A stretch of 63,094 nucleotides of DNA, the filler included, from Craspedostauros australis (taxonomy: Eukaryota): NCBI GenBank assembly GCA_030167865.1. It is 9 parts of 9 records of this genome, joined end to end, with 100 filler letters (N's around TTAATTAATTAA, not from the genome) between each part and the next. Parts side by side here need not be neighbours in the genome. Positions count along the whole stretch, not along the records: positions 1 to 9,478 come from JALAGF010001287.1; positions 9,579 to 14,512 come from JALAGF010001288.1; 7 more parts are not named here. One strand, given 5' to 3'. Below are positions 1 through 10,421 of this stretch, in pieces (position 1 is the first letter of the stretch; each line of letters opens with the position of its first letter). The translations under genes were made by a program, and so were the position numbers. The notes under the pieces are model-generated. The model was not told the origin of the DNA, searched no databases, and worked only from the letters and a program-made list of their open reading frames with translations.

Positions 1-443
1 CCTACTGACGTCGACAGGATGTCAACATGTCGCCACGTCGACAGCTGTCTCCAAGTCAGAGCAGGAGGCGAAGATACGATGACCTATGAAGATCATGGAT
101 ACTGAAGGTGAACTTCAAATGGTAAGTACTCATGGAGTAGAAGCCAGTACTGAATGAACGGAGTGTCGAATGCGGAGCACGCATCGAACACGGAGTATCG
201 TGTAGCACGAGCGCACGATAGTGAGAGAGAGAATACAGAGAGGAGCGAGAGAGGATCTCGCGTACCGACTCATAGTCGGAGACNNNNNNNNNNNNNNNNN
301 NNNNNNNNNNNNNNNNNNNNNNNNNNNNNNNNNNNNNNNNNNNNNNNNNNNNNNNNNNNNNNGTAATGAAATAGCAAACAGACGACTATCAACCAACACC
401 ATCTTCCACGATCGTAGGTTACCGTGAGCGGAACTTGCCAACA
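1..443 (-). mobile_element. LTR-like repeat, partial and gapped; same family as 14319-14512
   Basis: The reverse complement begins TGTTGGCAAGTTCC at 443. 363-443 matches 14319-14399, and 255-281 matches 14486-14512 (CTCCGACTATGAGTCGGTACGCGAGAT). The far boundary was not determined. Confidence 0.7.
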
Positions 444-973
444 TATTCGATTGAGTGTCTACAACCTTAAGTCTGAGATCGGGAAACATGGATCCAAAAT
501 CTGTAACCAATTTTGGGGGTCTGGGTCTTTGAGGCACTAGCAACATTGTGAGGAGTTGCCCTCTACAACACGGCGCATCGCGGCGTTTGTTTTCCTGACT
601 TTCGGAATCTGAACTCACATAGCAACATGCACATTTGCCGTATTGTCTCCGTGTTCTATTCCATCTGCAAATGAATGAGACTTGCAAGTCCTTCCTCATG
701 CTCACAGTTCCAAGATCTCAATCTTTGGAGCTCGACAGCCTTCATACTCATATGAATAATGTACAATGGCAAACCATCTTCCTCACCCCAACAACGACTT
801 AATCACTCTACGTTTTGGTGCGGTTTCCATATCTCGACAATTCTGTTCTAACAGCATGTATGCAGTTTTGGGCCAGTAGGATGTATCAGCACAAAACCGA
901 ATAGTGCTAAGTACGTTACTCCCGTAGCCCCCACTATCTATAAATTTCACTTGTGTTCGGTTCAGCAATCGCA

Positions 974-1044
974 TCGCCTGTAGCTCAACGGTAGAGCACC
1001 AGTAATTCTCACTGAGGTTCCGGGTTCGAATCCCGGCATGGTAC
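974..1044 (+). pseudogene. tRNA-derived sequence (pseudo-tRNA or SINE head)
   Basis: A box/D arm TAGCTCAACGGTAGAGCA; perfect T arm CCGGG-TTCGAAT-CCCGG; CAGT/ACTG stem with non-canonical loop AATTCTC; acceptor stem pairs at only 4 of 7 positions. Confidence 0.7.
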
Positions 1045-1119
1045 TTTGCTTTTGCTCTCCCCTTGTGATTTTTCGATAGTGCTCTTTCAGGATGCAACAT
1101 CCACAAACGCAAGTTCTGG

Positions 1120-1815
1120 ACAACCAATAGTTGTCCAACATGCAATGGTACCAAGGAGACAACGGACCATGTGATGCAGTGCCAGCATCCAGTGGCAGTT
1201 GACAGTGCAAACAAAGGCGATGCACAAGTGGGAGACCCCCATGATGGCTACCCAAGGAAATGCAGCCATGATAACGGGAGTCGTGAGAGAAGCACAGGCA
1301 TGGAGCGACGGCGTAGAGGTGACCAGTGAGGCAGGCCTGCAGCTTCAGAAGGCAGTGCAGGAGCAATGGGAGATAGGGTGGGGCATGATGGTACAAGGGA
1401 GGTGGTCAGTGAGGTGATATTCAATACAGGAACAAACCATGGTGGCCAATGACCAACCGGGCACTCCATCCAACTGAATTGTGTGGGCAATGATGGGGCT
1501 GTGGGAAGTGCGATGGGAAGCGTGAGTAGCGCAGAACAAGGTACTGCACGAGAACGAAAAGGCAACGGCATTGGCATTGGCAAGGAAATCCGGCGAAGCA
1601 GCGACAGCAGCAAGCGCTGAGTGGAGAAAGGGAACGGAAGGGCTCAAGGCCAATGACGCCCAACTGATGACACGTACAATGGAGTCAGAAGTACGAAGGA
1701 AACCGGCTGACAACTGTATGCTGTGGGTGCGCCATGTGCGGGCGGCCAAGGCCCGAGGGGTAATTAGAGACTCAGTGGTAGACCAGGGAGTGCGAGACCT
1801 AGGTAGGTCGTTCGA
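1120..1815 (+). mobile_element. Degraded non-LTR retrotransposon ORF2 C-terminal fragment
   Basis: Zinc knuckle CPTCNGTKETTDHVMQC, then QEQWEIGWGMMVQGRWS and W..QNKVLH motifs typical of LINE C-termini; contains frameshifts and stops. Confidence 0.7.
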
Positions 1816-2347
1816 GCCCAGTCGGACCGTTTGTGCTCGATGTATTTTGGCGACGTTAAAGCTTTCAACGCAATCCTCTTTCGAGGGGATAATCAGTGCA
1901 TCACGATCATTCCTAGAGTGGAGTAAGAGCCGCAATGCGGATCCTCCATTTGCGTGAGCGTAGGCTGTTGGCGACTTGTATGCGCCACAGTTGGGACCAC
2001 GAGGACAGAAGTGAGTCGATTGATCCGATTCAAGGAAACGTGAACACAGGCAAAAGTGGACTGGAATTCGGATCGTGGTTGAACAAGAAGTGAGCTGTGA
2101 AACTGCATGAACAAATCGAGCTCAACTGTCGCTGTCAACACACAACCATCAATGCACCAACAGCTGCGATCTTCCTCCCCATCTCCTCTCCTCCCACTAC
2201 CGCAGTCTCCATCTCCCTGCTCACAATGCCTGGACCAAGCACAATATCAATGACCCCACCAGAGGAATCACGAACCAAGAGCATCCCAAAGCAATACTCC
2301 GACGGACGACGACTACAACAGCAGCAGCAACAGCAACAGGAGCAACA

Positions 2348-3520
2348 ATGACGGTCGATGAATCACTCGCATGCATGCAGGATGATGCTCTCATCAGCAA
2401 AGCTGAGGAGCACAGGAGCGAGGAGCGCCTCATCATCGCGGCGCGTCATCTCAAGCATGTCAAGGACAAGTCCAAGCTCACGGACAAGCACAGGAAGTGG
2501 ATCAAGTGGGCGGACATCGCACAAACCAACATGGAGGATCTGATCAGGGCACCGGATGCCGACGGCAGCGCGTGGATCAAGCAGTCGGAAAGCCACGGCG
2601 ATCGAGACTTCCTCGTGCATTACCAGGTCGACGAAAACAACCGGCTCATCTCCAGGATCGATTCCGCGGTGGAGAGCAGCATGCTCATTCCCATCATCAG
2701 TGTCTTCAACGAATCGGAACTCTACAAGACGTGGATGCCATCCTACACCATCCCCGTCAAGCTGGGCGTCCGCGAATCCAACAAGCTCAAGGAGTACGGG
2801 AGAGGCAATCAGATCATCCAGGTCAAGGTCGACATGCCATGGCCGTTGAAGAATCGCGATACCGTGCAGCATGCGTGGGCGATGGACATCATCGACGAAT
2901 GCAACTCCATCATCGTGCAAATCGAGTCACCGACGCACGAGGAGGATGCGGCCGTGCCGGAGGAAACGAGCCAGGTCGTGCGGACTCTGTTCCAAGGCAC
3001 GGTTCTCATCCAGCCGTGTCCCAAGGACCATCCCTGCCTGCGCGATTCGAAGCAGAAGTACCCCGAGGGTGAGCCCGTCTTCCTCTTCACTCTCAAGAAC
3101 ATGGTCGACAGCAAGGTCTCGATGGTGCCGATGGGAATGATCAACTTCGTCACGCGCAAGGTGATCGGCGGCATGTGGATCAACCTGCTCAAGATCGCGG
3201 AGGATATCCGGGAAGGCAAGCGATCGCAGCACATGGAAGCGATCATGGTCAAGGCGGAACTGTACGATTGGGTCAAGAACCGAATCGAGGTGATGAACGA
3301 CAAGGCTGTCGCCGAGGCCTCCAGGAACTCAGAAGAAGACGAAACGAAAGATGACGACGACGTGAACGATGCAGCTGGTGCCGCAGACGCAGACGCAGAC
3401 ACAACGAAAGGTGCAGGTATGGACACAGAACAAGGCGCAATGGGAGAAGTGACGGCAGAGGAACCTGGCACGATGGATGAGGCGAAGGAGGGCACTGCGA
3501 AAGATGACCAACAGCAATAA
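2348..3520 (+). CDS. START/SRPBCC-like lipid-binding domain protein with acidic tail (390 aa)
   Basis: Intact ORF with coding-type codon bias; NESELYKTWMP, DMPWPLKNRD and VPMGMINFVTRK motifs resemble algal START-like proteins. Confidence 0.75.
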   Translation: MTVDESLACMQDDALISKAEEHRSEERLIIAARHLKHVKDKSKLTDKHRKWIKWADIAQTNMEDLIRAPDADGSAWIKQSESHGDRDFLVHYQVDENNRLISRIDSAVESSMLIPIISVFNESELYKTWMPSYTIPVKLGVRESNKLKEYGRGNQIIQVKVDMPWPLKNRDTVQHAWAMDIIDECNSIIVQIESPTHEEDAAVPEETSQVVRTLFQGTVLIQPCPKDHPCLRDSKQKYPEGEPVFLFTLKNMVDSKVSMVPMGMINFVTRKVIGGMWINLLKIAEDIREGKRSQHMEAIMVKAELYDWVKNRIEVMNDKAVAEASRNSEEDETKDDDDVNDAAGAADADADTTKGAGMDTEQGAMGEVTAEEPGTMDEAKEGTAKDDQQQ

Positions 3521-3614
3521 TCATAAAGTAACACCGTACTGTAATGCATCCTGTTTGTTTCGTTGCATGCTACCGTATTAAAGAGGCTGTAGATTGTAGA
3601 AGTGTGCCACGAGC

Positions 3615-3696
3615 GACGCAGTGGCCGAGCGGTTAAGGCGATCGACTAGAAATCGATTGGGATTATCCCGCGTAGGTTCGAGTCCTGCCTGCGTCG
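3615..3696 (+). tRNA. trnS-AGA: tRNA-Ser (anticodon AGA)
   Basis: Full cloverleaf: acceptor GACGCAG/CTGCGTC, anticodon arm ATCGA-CTAGAAA-TCGAT, long variable arm, T arm GTAGG-TTCGAGT-CCTGC, G discriminator, downstream TTTT. Confidence 0.97.
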
Positions 3697-4122
3697 TGTA
3701 TTCTTTTGCTGCGATTGTCAACTGTCGGACGTTCTCTGTTGGAGGTCTGTAGTGTCCGTTTGTCTGTCTCTTAGCATGTGTGGTGTCCGTTTGTCTGTAT
3801 TCGAGATGACTGTCTCCGCGTCACAAATTGCATGTCTTTTTGTGTTCTCTCGCTGATTGTCTGTTTGATTGTTTTTTGTCTGTCAATCCTTTGTTCGTTG
3901 TTGTACACGACTAGAAATTGTTCTTGGCACGTTTGCAATAGTCGCTGATTGACCAGGACGAACTGTTGACACCTCGCTATGATGACGCCAGCATCAGCAA
4001 AGCGAATCAGCATTTCGCGCCAAAATCATCACAAACAAGAAAGCATCAAGGGATTTGCGACGCTGGAACACTTCGAAGATCGCGGAAGCACGGGTCTTGC
4101 GCAGTACAAAGCTTGATTTTCT

Positions 4123-6567
4123 GTGGAGGAATGGGGGACCGCATTTGAATCCAACCCAAGTCACCATTGCGTCATGATGACACGAACCTGCAACTCTCGT
4201 CTCGTTTGCCTGCTGCTGCTGCTCTCTTGCAGGCAAAGCGCAGCATGGGGATTCGAATCAGGCCTTGCTGCTGCCGGCAGACGATCATGCATCATCACGG
4301 GCAATAGAGGCGGCGCACACACTGAGGACAGGACCGTTCGAACCAACTGCCCCACCGCAACAACGCGTCTTGGAATGTCCACAGAGAGGGGCGAAGAATA
4401 CGGTAGGACGGATCGCGAGATATTGCGATCACTGCAAGAGGATCAGATCCAGAGATCGTTGATTGAAGCTCTATTCCAGGGTGAAGGTGACGACAATGGT
4501 GACAACGACGACATCGTCAAGCTCGCAGATGTGCAGTTGGTAGGCCAGACAAAACTCCCACTGCGACCGCCATCAAGATCAGCAAAGAAGAACAGGGCGA
4601 CCATCCCCACGCGACCAGTGCTGGTGCTGACGAGCCCCGAAAGCGCCAAAGCGGCCTCTGCGGAAGCCACTCCATCCATCTTGTTGCCGCTGGTGGATCA
4701 AGCGCAGTTGCAGATCGTGTCATTCGCCGTGGCCAGGCGACCATTGTCGAAATCGGTCATGCTGCAGCTGAATCTGCAGTTCATCAATCGCGACGGCGCG
4801 CTCTTTGACAACCTCCCGTGGAGTGCATGGAGCGTCGATCCTCAGATGCGCAATCGCGATGCCGCAGGCAACAGCATCTTGGCGAAGTTCCACCTTGGCA
4901 AACGTGATGCGTACAACCGCTTCGTGGGCAAGGACTGGCAAGGTCGCAGCTTGGCGATTGGGAATCTGGCCCTTCGCTTGAAGTACATGATGGAACCCGA
5001 CAATGATGCAGAGAGCCTTCTCGATGGCTTGGAAGAAACGCCTGACGCAGCGCAAGACCCTGCTTCCAATCGACTCGTCCTCGCGAAGCGCATTCTAGAG
5101 TTGCGCATTCGAGAGCTCAGGATGGACTTGGCAGGAGTGGAGTCTGAGATTGCACTGCAGTCTTCACCTGGCTCAGATGAGGCGCAGCAGCCTGACTCCC
5201 TTCGAAAGCAGAAGGATGGTCTGTTGCAAGAGCTGGCCGAGACGGAAGAGGATTTGCGAAGCATGAACGAACAGGCAACAACGCAAACCCCGCCATCGGT
5301 TGTTTCACAGATGCTTGAAAAGATCGCATCGTGGTCCACCGATGATGGGAAGAATGCCGCCCCGTACCGCGGTGCAACTGGGTACGCGCCCATGCTCGAT
5401 ACCGCAGATGATGTCGATGGCAGCCTGATGCCGTACACCAACCCGTACGATCTGCTCGTGGAGATATTGGAGGACCAGCTCAACGCGAAGGTCATAGGCT
5501 GCGTGCTGGAAAACACAAGCCTACTTCGAGGCAATGTTGCGCTCGGTGGCGCCGTCGTGCTGCAGCGCATTGTCGCAAAGCAGACGATCAAGGTTATGGG
5601 CGAGACCTTGCAGGTGGACGACCCGGACGAAGAGTACGGCAACCAAGGCATAAAGGGTGGCGAAGTGATGCTGGTGGAGTGCGACGCAGATGAAGCCGTT
5701 TCTGTATCCGCCGCACTGCAGATTCCGTTGCAGGTTGAAGCAAGCATAATGGATCGCTCATCATCGCTGTGCAGGCCCAGCATAGATGCGGCTGAACGTG
5801 CAGCAGCAGCGGCATCATCCGATCCCGTGCATATACTCAACACGCTTCCGTCTTGGACAGTCGTTGACCCCATCTCCTCGTTGCAAGTGGAAGGGTCCAA
5901 ACCTCCCAACGATGATTCGAACAGCGACGACAACGACAACGAAAGTGGCGATGATATGAAGATTGAAGCACGAGGTCAGAATGTATCGCCTATCGCCATC
6001 CCTCGAACAACCACTGGCATCGCAGACATCGTGTCTGCGGATACCAGCCCCAACGCAGCACCATTGTTCCCCTCCGACAACCCCATTAAAACGGTCGACG
6101 AGTTCGATGCGCTGTCCAACGCGGACAAGGCAAAGACGTTGCTGGAGATGAGCAACTTTCAGGGACGCCTGCCTCGCCCGCGCACGGTGCGAACGGCGAG
6201 TCCCAACCCCCTGGATACGCTGCTGCTGCCGCTGGTGGATGAATCCGTGCGCCGTTCCATCCAGATACGGCAAGCCAAGGAACAGGGCGACGTCGAACTT
6301 GCCGCTCGGTTGGAGGAAGAGAAGAGCCGCTATCAGAAGGCGAAGGATGCGGCCAGCAACGCGCGCGAGATGGGCACCGATGAAGCCGCGGACGGATGGG
6401 AGACTGAGGCGGAATTCCTGGGCGGTCTGCGAGCCGATGTCACGCAGGACGAAGGGGCGTACAGCCGCTTTCTCGACAAGGATGATTGGTACGAACGTGA
6501 TCGGCAGGCCAATGCGAGAAGGGCAAAGAAATCATCTTTCGGCTCACTTTTGGATGGCATCGAGTGA
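4123..6567 (+). CDS. Predicted plastid-targeted protein with split DUF151/BFN-like motifs and a UVR-like C-terminal helix (true start probably ~4174)
   Basis: 814-aa intact ORF; signal peptide LVCLLLLLSCRQSAAWG|F followed by an R/T-rich transit-like region; motifs RPVLVLT..ILLPL, YDLLVEILEDQLNAKVIGCVLE, ECDADEAVSVSAALQIPLQVE and AKEQGDVELAARLEEE. The CDS is firm; the domain call is tentative. Confidence 0.8.
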   Translation: MEEWGTAFESNPSHHCVMMTRTCNSRLVCLLLLLSCRQSAAWGFESGLAAAGRRSCIITGNRGGAHTEDRTVRTNCPTATTRLGMSTERGEEYGRTDREILRSLQEDQIQRSLIEALFQGEGDDNGDNDDIVKLADVQLVGQTKLPLRPPSRSAKKNRATIPTRPVLVLTSPESAKAASAEATPSILLPLVDQAQLQIVSFAVARRPLSKSVMLQLNLQFINRDGALFDNLPWSAWSVDPQMRNRDAAGNSILAKFHLGKRDAYNRFVGKDWQGRSLAIGNLALRLKYMMEPDNDAESLLDGLEETPDAAQDPASNRLVLAKRILELRIRELRMDLAGVESEIALQSSPGSDEAQQPDSLRKQKDGLLQELAETEEDLRSMNEQATTQTPPSVVSQMLEKIASWSTDDGKNAAPYRGATGYAPMLDTADDVDGSLMPYTNPYDLLVEILEDQLNAKVIGCVLENTSLLRGNVALGGAVVLQRIVAKQTIKVMGETLQVDDPDEEYGNQGIKGGEVMLVECDADEAVSVSAALQIPLQVEASIMDRSSSLCRPSIDAAERAAAAASSDPVHILNTLPSWTVVDPISSLQVEGSKPPNDDSNSDDNDNESGDDMKIEARGQNVSPIAIPRTTTGIADIVSADTSPNAAPLFPSDNPIKTVDEFDALSNADKAKTLLEMSNFQGRLPRPRTVRTASPNPLDTLLLPLVDESVRRSIQIRQAKEQGDVELAARLEEEKSRYQKAKDAASNAREMGTDEAADGWETEAEFLGGLRADVTQDEGAYSRFLDKDDWYERDRQANARRAKKSSFGSLLDGIE

Positions 6568-6966
6568 GTGCGATTGTGAACGCGAGCGTGGCGGCAACTG
6601 AGTGCAGATGGACGTATCGATGAGTCGCATGCTGGTGCCATGGGAAATTGCCATGGCCTTGCAATCATGGAATGCTCGTACGAGTGGACAAGAGGAACAT
6701 CCTCATCACATAAATATACAGAGCGGATTTGTCCGACTATAACTTTGTGAGTGTGTTGGTGCACGACCATGCACACTCGCGCTCTATTGGTCAGAGAAAG
6801 GAGATGCCGTGCCACCAGAGTGTGCAGAGTGTTGTTCTATTTGTAGATGTCCCCGTGCAATGTGATACGATATGATGTCATATGGTAGGTAGTGTTGTCA
6901 TATGGTACGCACTGCATCATATGTTTCTCTACCAGTATGAAATTACGACCCGATCTGTCCTGCCCA

Positions 6967-8874
6967 CTATAGCTTGAGCGATGCAAGTTCATCGCGGATC
7001 TCCTTCTCCATGGCGATCTTGCTGCGCTGATCGTCGTTGAGGCTGGCTGGATCCTTGGATTTGAGGTCCTCGATCTGGCGCAGGGTCTTGTTGAGCTTCT
7101 TGGCGCGCTTGGCGGGATCGACGGCAGGTTGCTGTTCCTGCTTCACCTTGGCCTCGAGGACCAGCCGCGCCGCTTCCTCCTCCTTCTTTTGCTTCTGCTT
7201 TTCTCGTCGCATCGCCGATTTGGACTTGGTCTGCGCTGGCACCAAACCAACGACCTTCTTGCCCGACGCGCCCACGGTGGCCTGCGGTTTGTCCTTGACC
7301 TTCTGCGCCCCGATCATCTTGCCCTCCTTCTCACGACGCATGCGGTCCGCCAGACTGCCCCCGCCTCGTGCAGCACCGCCACGCGCACCAGGCGGAACAT
7401 ATCGCCCAGCAGGTTTGGGCGCCGCGGTTGCACCCGATGCACCGTTGGCCCTGTCCTTCAAGGTGGGACTCTGCGGTCGGTCCGGGTAGATACCGGACAG
7501 TGCCGGCAGGAAGGCGACCTCGAGCAAGCGGTCGGGGCCATAATTGCTGTTGTCCCACGGCGCCGACATGACCTGATCCCCGTTGTAGCGATAGACCTTG
7601 GCGCCGTTGTCCACGTTCATGCGCGGCGACGTGGTGGACACTGCGAAGAGACGAGAATCCGGGGACCAGCCGTATCCCACCGTGCAGGACGCCGTGACGA
7701 CATCGCCGGGCGGTATCTGCTTCTCCTTGTTGCGATCCCAGAACGTCATGCCGCCCGCGAGGTTGCCAAAGCCCGCCACGCAAAGGAAGCGACCGTGCGG
7801 CGCCCAGCAGATGGTGTTGCGATGCGCGTTGCCAAAGAGGAAGGTTGCCTTGCCCGTGGCGCCGTTGTGCAGCGATGTCATGGACGGCATCTTCCCGGCC
7901 GTGACGACGAAGCACGGTGGCTTGTCGGGATTCGGCATCCATTCCACGGCCAGCACGGGCCCCTGCTGCTGCAGCGGCACTTCGAGGGTGTCGGCATTCA
8001 TCGGCGACATGAGAAACAGCGACGTCGATCCGTAGTACGATTGACCGGAGGTATCCACCGACGTTTGCAGCGACAGCAACGCCGTGTCGCCCTTGGGACT
8101 CCAATGCACGGCCATCTCGTCGGCCAGGAAGAGCGATTTGGAGGTGAGCGCGGGGTAGTTGGCATTGGCTTGCATGGGTGGTGCCTTGGGCGGGTACTCG
8201 TGCAGTCCGGCCCTTGCGGGCTTGTTGTTATCCTTGGGCACGAAGGAGGTGAAGAGGATCCTGCTGCCCGACGGTCCCAAGCTCATGCTGGCAATGCCCT
8301 GAATCCGCAACCGGTCGATGTACCGTACCTCGTCCCCGCTGTGGAAGGCCGCTCCGGGATAGACCTTGACCTCGTTGGTGCCCATGAGGAAGGCGAAGGA
8401 CTCGTCGTCTGTCCATTTCAAGTTGGGCCACGCGCTGCGCTTGAGCGCCTTCTGGCGAAAGCCCGTGACCATGGCCCCGGTGGACGTGCTCCACAGCTTG
8501 AGGTTGGGCTCTTCGCCCTCCTTGGCTCGTTCCCACGTGAGCAGGAAGCTGCCCTTGGGCGAGATGTCCATGATCTGCACCCTCGCCGTCTCCTTGAGGA
8601 AGGGCGCATCGGCGAGCACCGTGGCATTGCTCGACAAGGCCAGCTTGAAGATGCCCTTCTCCGGCTTGTGCACGAAGGCGCAGGATCCATCCGGATGCAG
8701 GGCCTGGAAGGAAGTCATGCCCTTCATGAGGAAGGTCCGCGTGGCTGCCTTTTGGATCTTGGCTTCCTCGGATCGCTCCGATGGCATCGAGAAGACCTCT
8801 ATTCCGTCCTTGGATCGGAACATCAGGCGGCAGTCGGGGGCGTCGCCGCTGCCTTCGGCCGTGGGTGCGCTCAT
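6967..8874 (-). CDS. eIF2A: Eukaryotic translation initiation factor 2A (635 aa)
   Basis: VDTSGQSYYG, AGFGNLAG, TTSPRMNVDNG, YVPPGAR and C-terminal KKLNKTLRQIEDLK..DQRSKI. Start set at MSAPT; the upstream in-frame extension is a microsatellite. Confidence 0.95.
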   Translation of the reverse strand: MSAPTAEGSGDAPDCRLMFRSKDGIEVFSMPSERSEEAKIQKAATRTFLMKGMTSFQALHPDGSCAFVHKPEKGIFKLALSSNATVLADAPFLKETARVQIMDISPKGSFLLTWERAKEGEEPNLKLWSTSTGAMVTGFRQKALKRSAWPNLKWTDDESFAFLMGTNEVKVYPGAAFHSGDEVRYIDRLRIQGIASMSLGPSGSRILFTSFVPKDNNKPARAGLHEYPPKAPPMQANANYPALTSKSLFLADEMAVHWSPKGDTALLSLQTSVDTSGQSYYGSTSLFLMSPMNADTLEVPLQQQGPVLAVEWMPNPDKPPCFVVTAGKMPSMTSLHNGATGKATFLFGNAHRNTICWAPHGRFLCVAGFGNLAGGMTFWDRNKEKQIPPGDVVTASCTVGYGWSPDSRLFAVSTTSPRMNVDNGAKVYRYNGDQVMSAPWDNSNYGPDRLLEVAFLPALSGIYPDRPQSPTLKDRANGASGATAAPKPAGRYVPPGARGGAARGGGSLADRMRREKEGKMIGAQKVKDKPQATVGASGKKVVGLVPAQTKSKSAMRREKQKQKKEEEAARLVLEAKVKQEQQPAVDPAKRAKKLNKTLRQIEDLKSKDPASLNDDQRSKIAMEKEIRDELASLKL

Positions 8875-8877
8875 CGT

Positions 8878-8924
8878 GTGGTATGTGGTATGTGGTATGT
8901 GGTATGTGGTATGTGGTATGTGGT
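8878..8924 (+). repeat. (GTGGTAT)n heptamer microsatellite just 5' of the eIF2A start
   Basis: About 6 tandem copies, read directly. Confidence 0.9.
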
Positions 8925-9522
8925 GGGTGGTGTGTGGGTTGGTGGACAACACGATCGTGGAGCAATGGCGGCTGTTCCCCTTGATCACAAATCACTTCCC
9001 ATCGACACACGAGAGATGTGCGGTGGTGGCAACACTTCGAGCCGTGGGGCGTAGCTTCTCTTCTATTTATTGTTCGTGAATACGGACCAAAAAGGAATCC
9101 ATATCAATCGACAATATTTTCTCTGTTTTTGAGCGTTTATTCGATTAGCTATTTTGCTTTCTCAGAGTGGGCATGACTCGCATCGCTGCAAGCAGATACG
9201 GACGTTATTACCGGTTATTTGAGCGTTAGACTGGGCACTTGCAGCTGAATCGTACGCAGCAGAGTAGAGACCACATGAGAGGTAANNNNNNNNNNNNNNN
9301 NNNNNNNNNNNNNNNNNNNNNNNNNNNNNNNNNNNNNNNNNCCAGTAGGAGAGTTTGGTTTATCACTGACTCGTCGCTCTTTCTGAGCAACATGAGAGGA
9401 ACAGCCTGAAGAGGCTACGATAATACTGGAGCTGCGAAATCGCGTAGTATCCGCCATGGCCGGCACAGCCTGCGTAGTNNNNNNNNNNNNNNNNNNNNNN
9501 NNNNNNNNNNNNNNNNNNNNNN

Positions 9523-9534
9523 TTAATTAATTAA
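9523..9534. other. Artificial contig-join spacer TTAATTAATTAA; also at 14557, 25239, 29599, 35379, 36590, 38985 and 40456
   Basis: Identical 12-mer with stops in all six frames, always flanked by N runs. Confidence 0.95.
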
Positions 9535-9909
9535 NNNNNNNNNNNNNNNNNNNNNNNNNNNNNNNNNNNNNNNNNNNNAGCCAATGTGGTGCGCAGATTG
9601 TGAAAATGCCAGGGATGATAATGATGATCATGGGTGCTGAAGGTAGGGCAGCATGGTGCCATTGAGAATTTTTTGCACCCACCACCTGACAGACAGCAAG
9701 CCAAAACGACATTAAAAATAAAGTTCATACAAATTTAACTGAGATATTCAGAATAAACGATAGCCAAGCGTCCGAATGAACTGCCTAGTTTTAATTTTAA
9801 ATGGTGCATTGTTGAGATATAACATCATAAGCAGTTGTTTGGATGGTTTTGGGTGTGCTCTAATTTAGTCTACTTTATCACGACTCATCACGAGTAAAAC
9901 TCAAAAAAC

Positions 9910-9963
9910 ACTCCACAACTAGTGTTATCGTGAGTGCATCAACTGCGATTTGCAGCTCGTATG
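9910..9963 (-). mobile_element. DNA transposon terminal repeat (Tc1/mariner-like, TA|CGAGCTGC...), element extending leftwards
   Basis: The reverse complement matches 37744-37797 at 53 of 54 positions; a TA dinucleotide sits at the outer end. Confidence 0.6.
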
Positions 9964-10421
9964 ACATGTCCAACAAAATGACCGGTTGTCAAGCTGTGAC
10001 AGTCATTGGTCATTCACGAAAACAGTCCCTGCCATTCTTGAATTCTCTTTCTATTTTACCACAGCTTACACATGGACTGAACGGGGTTGAAAACGAACTG
10101 CTAGCGGGCAAGGTGCCGAAATCCCTTCCGGACGGAGTAGTACATGGTTGAATTATAGCCTCCATAGGAGCCCATTTTTCAAAATCCTGCCGTGGTCGTA
10201 CGGTCATTGACTGACGTGGGTAATAACTTTATAAACAAGGCCTCCCTGGAGCTTCAATCTCGGATTATGAATCTAAGTATGTTAAAGTGTATATGAGCCA
10301 AGTTTCATCTGAATTGAAGGTCCAAAATCAAAGAATCCTGGAGGAACCGCACCGCTATTGACTCACACGAGTATATATACTTGTGCTCATATGGACTATC
10401 CTTGGCCTTGGTGGGATGGCA

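Noticed and set aside
974..1044. Functional tRNA-Glu(TTC)
   Set aside because: The acceptor stem pairs at only 4 of 7 positions and the loop lacks U33 and a purine at 37.
7129..9054. 641-aa + strand ORF
   Set aside because: Antisense shadow of GC3-rich eIF2A.
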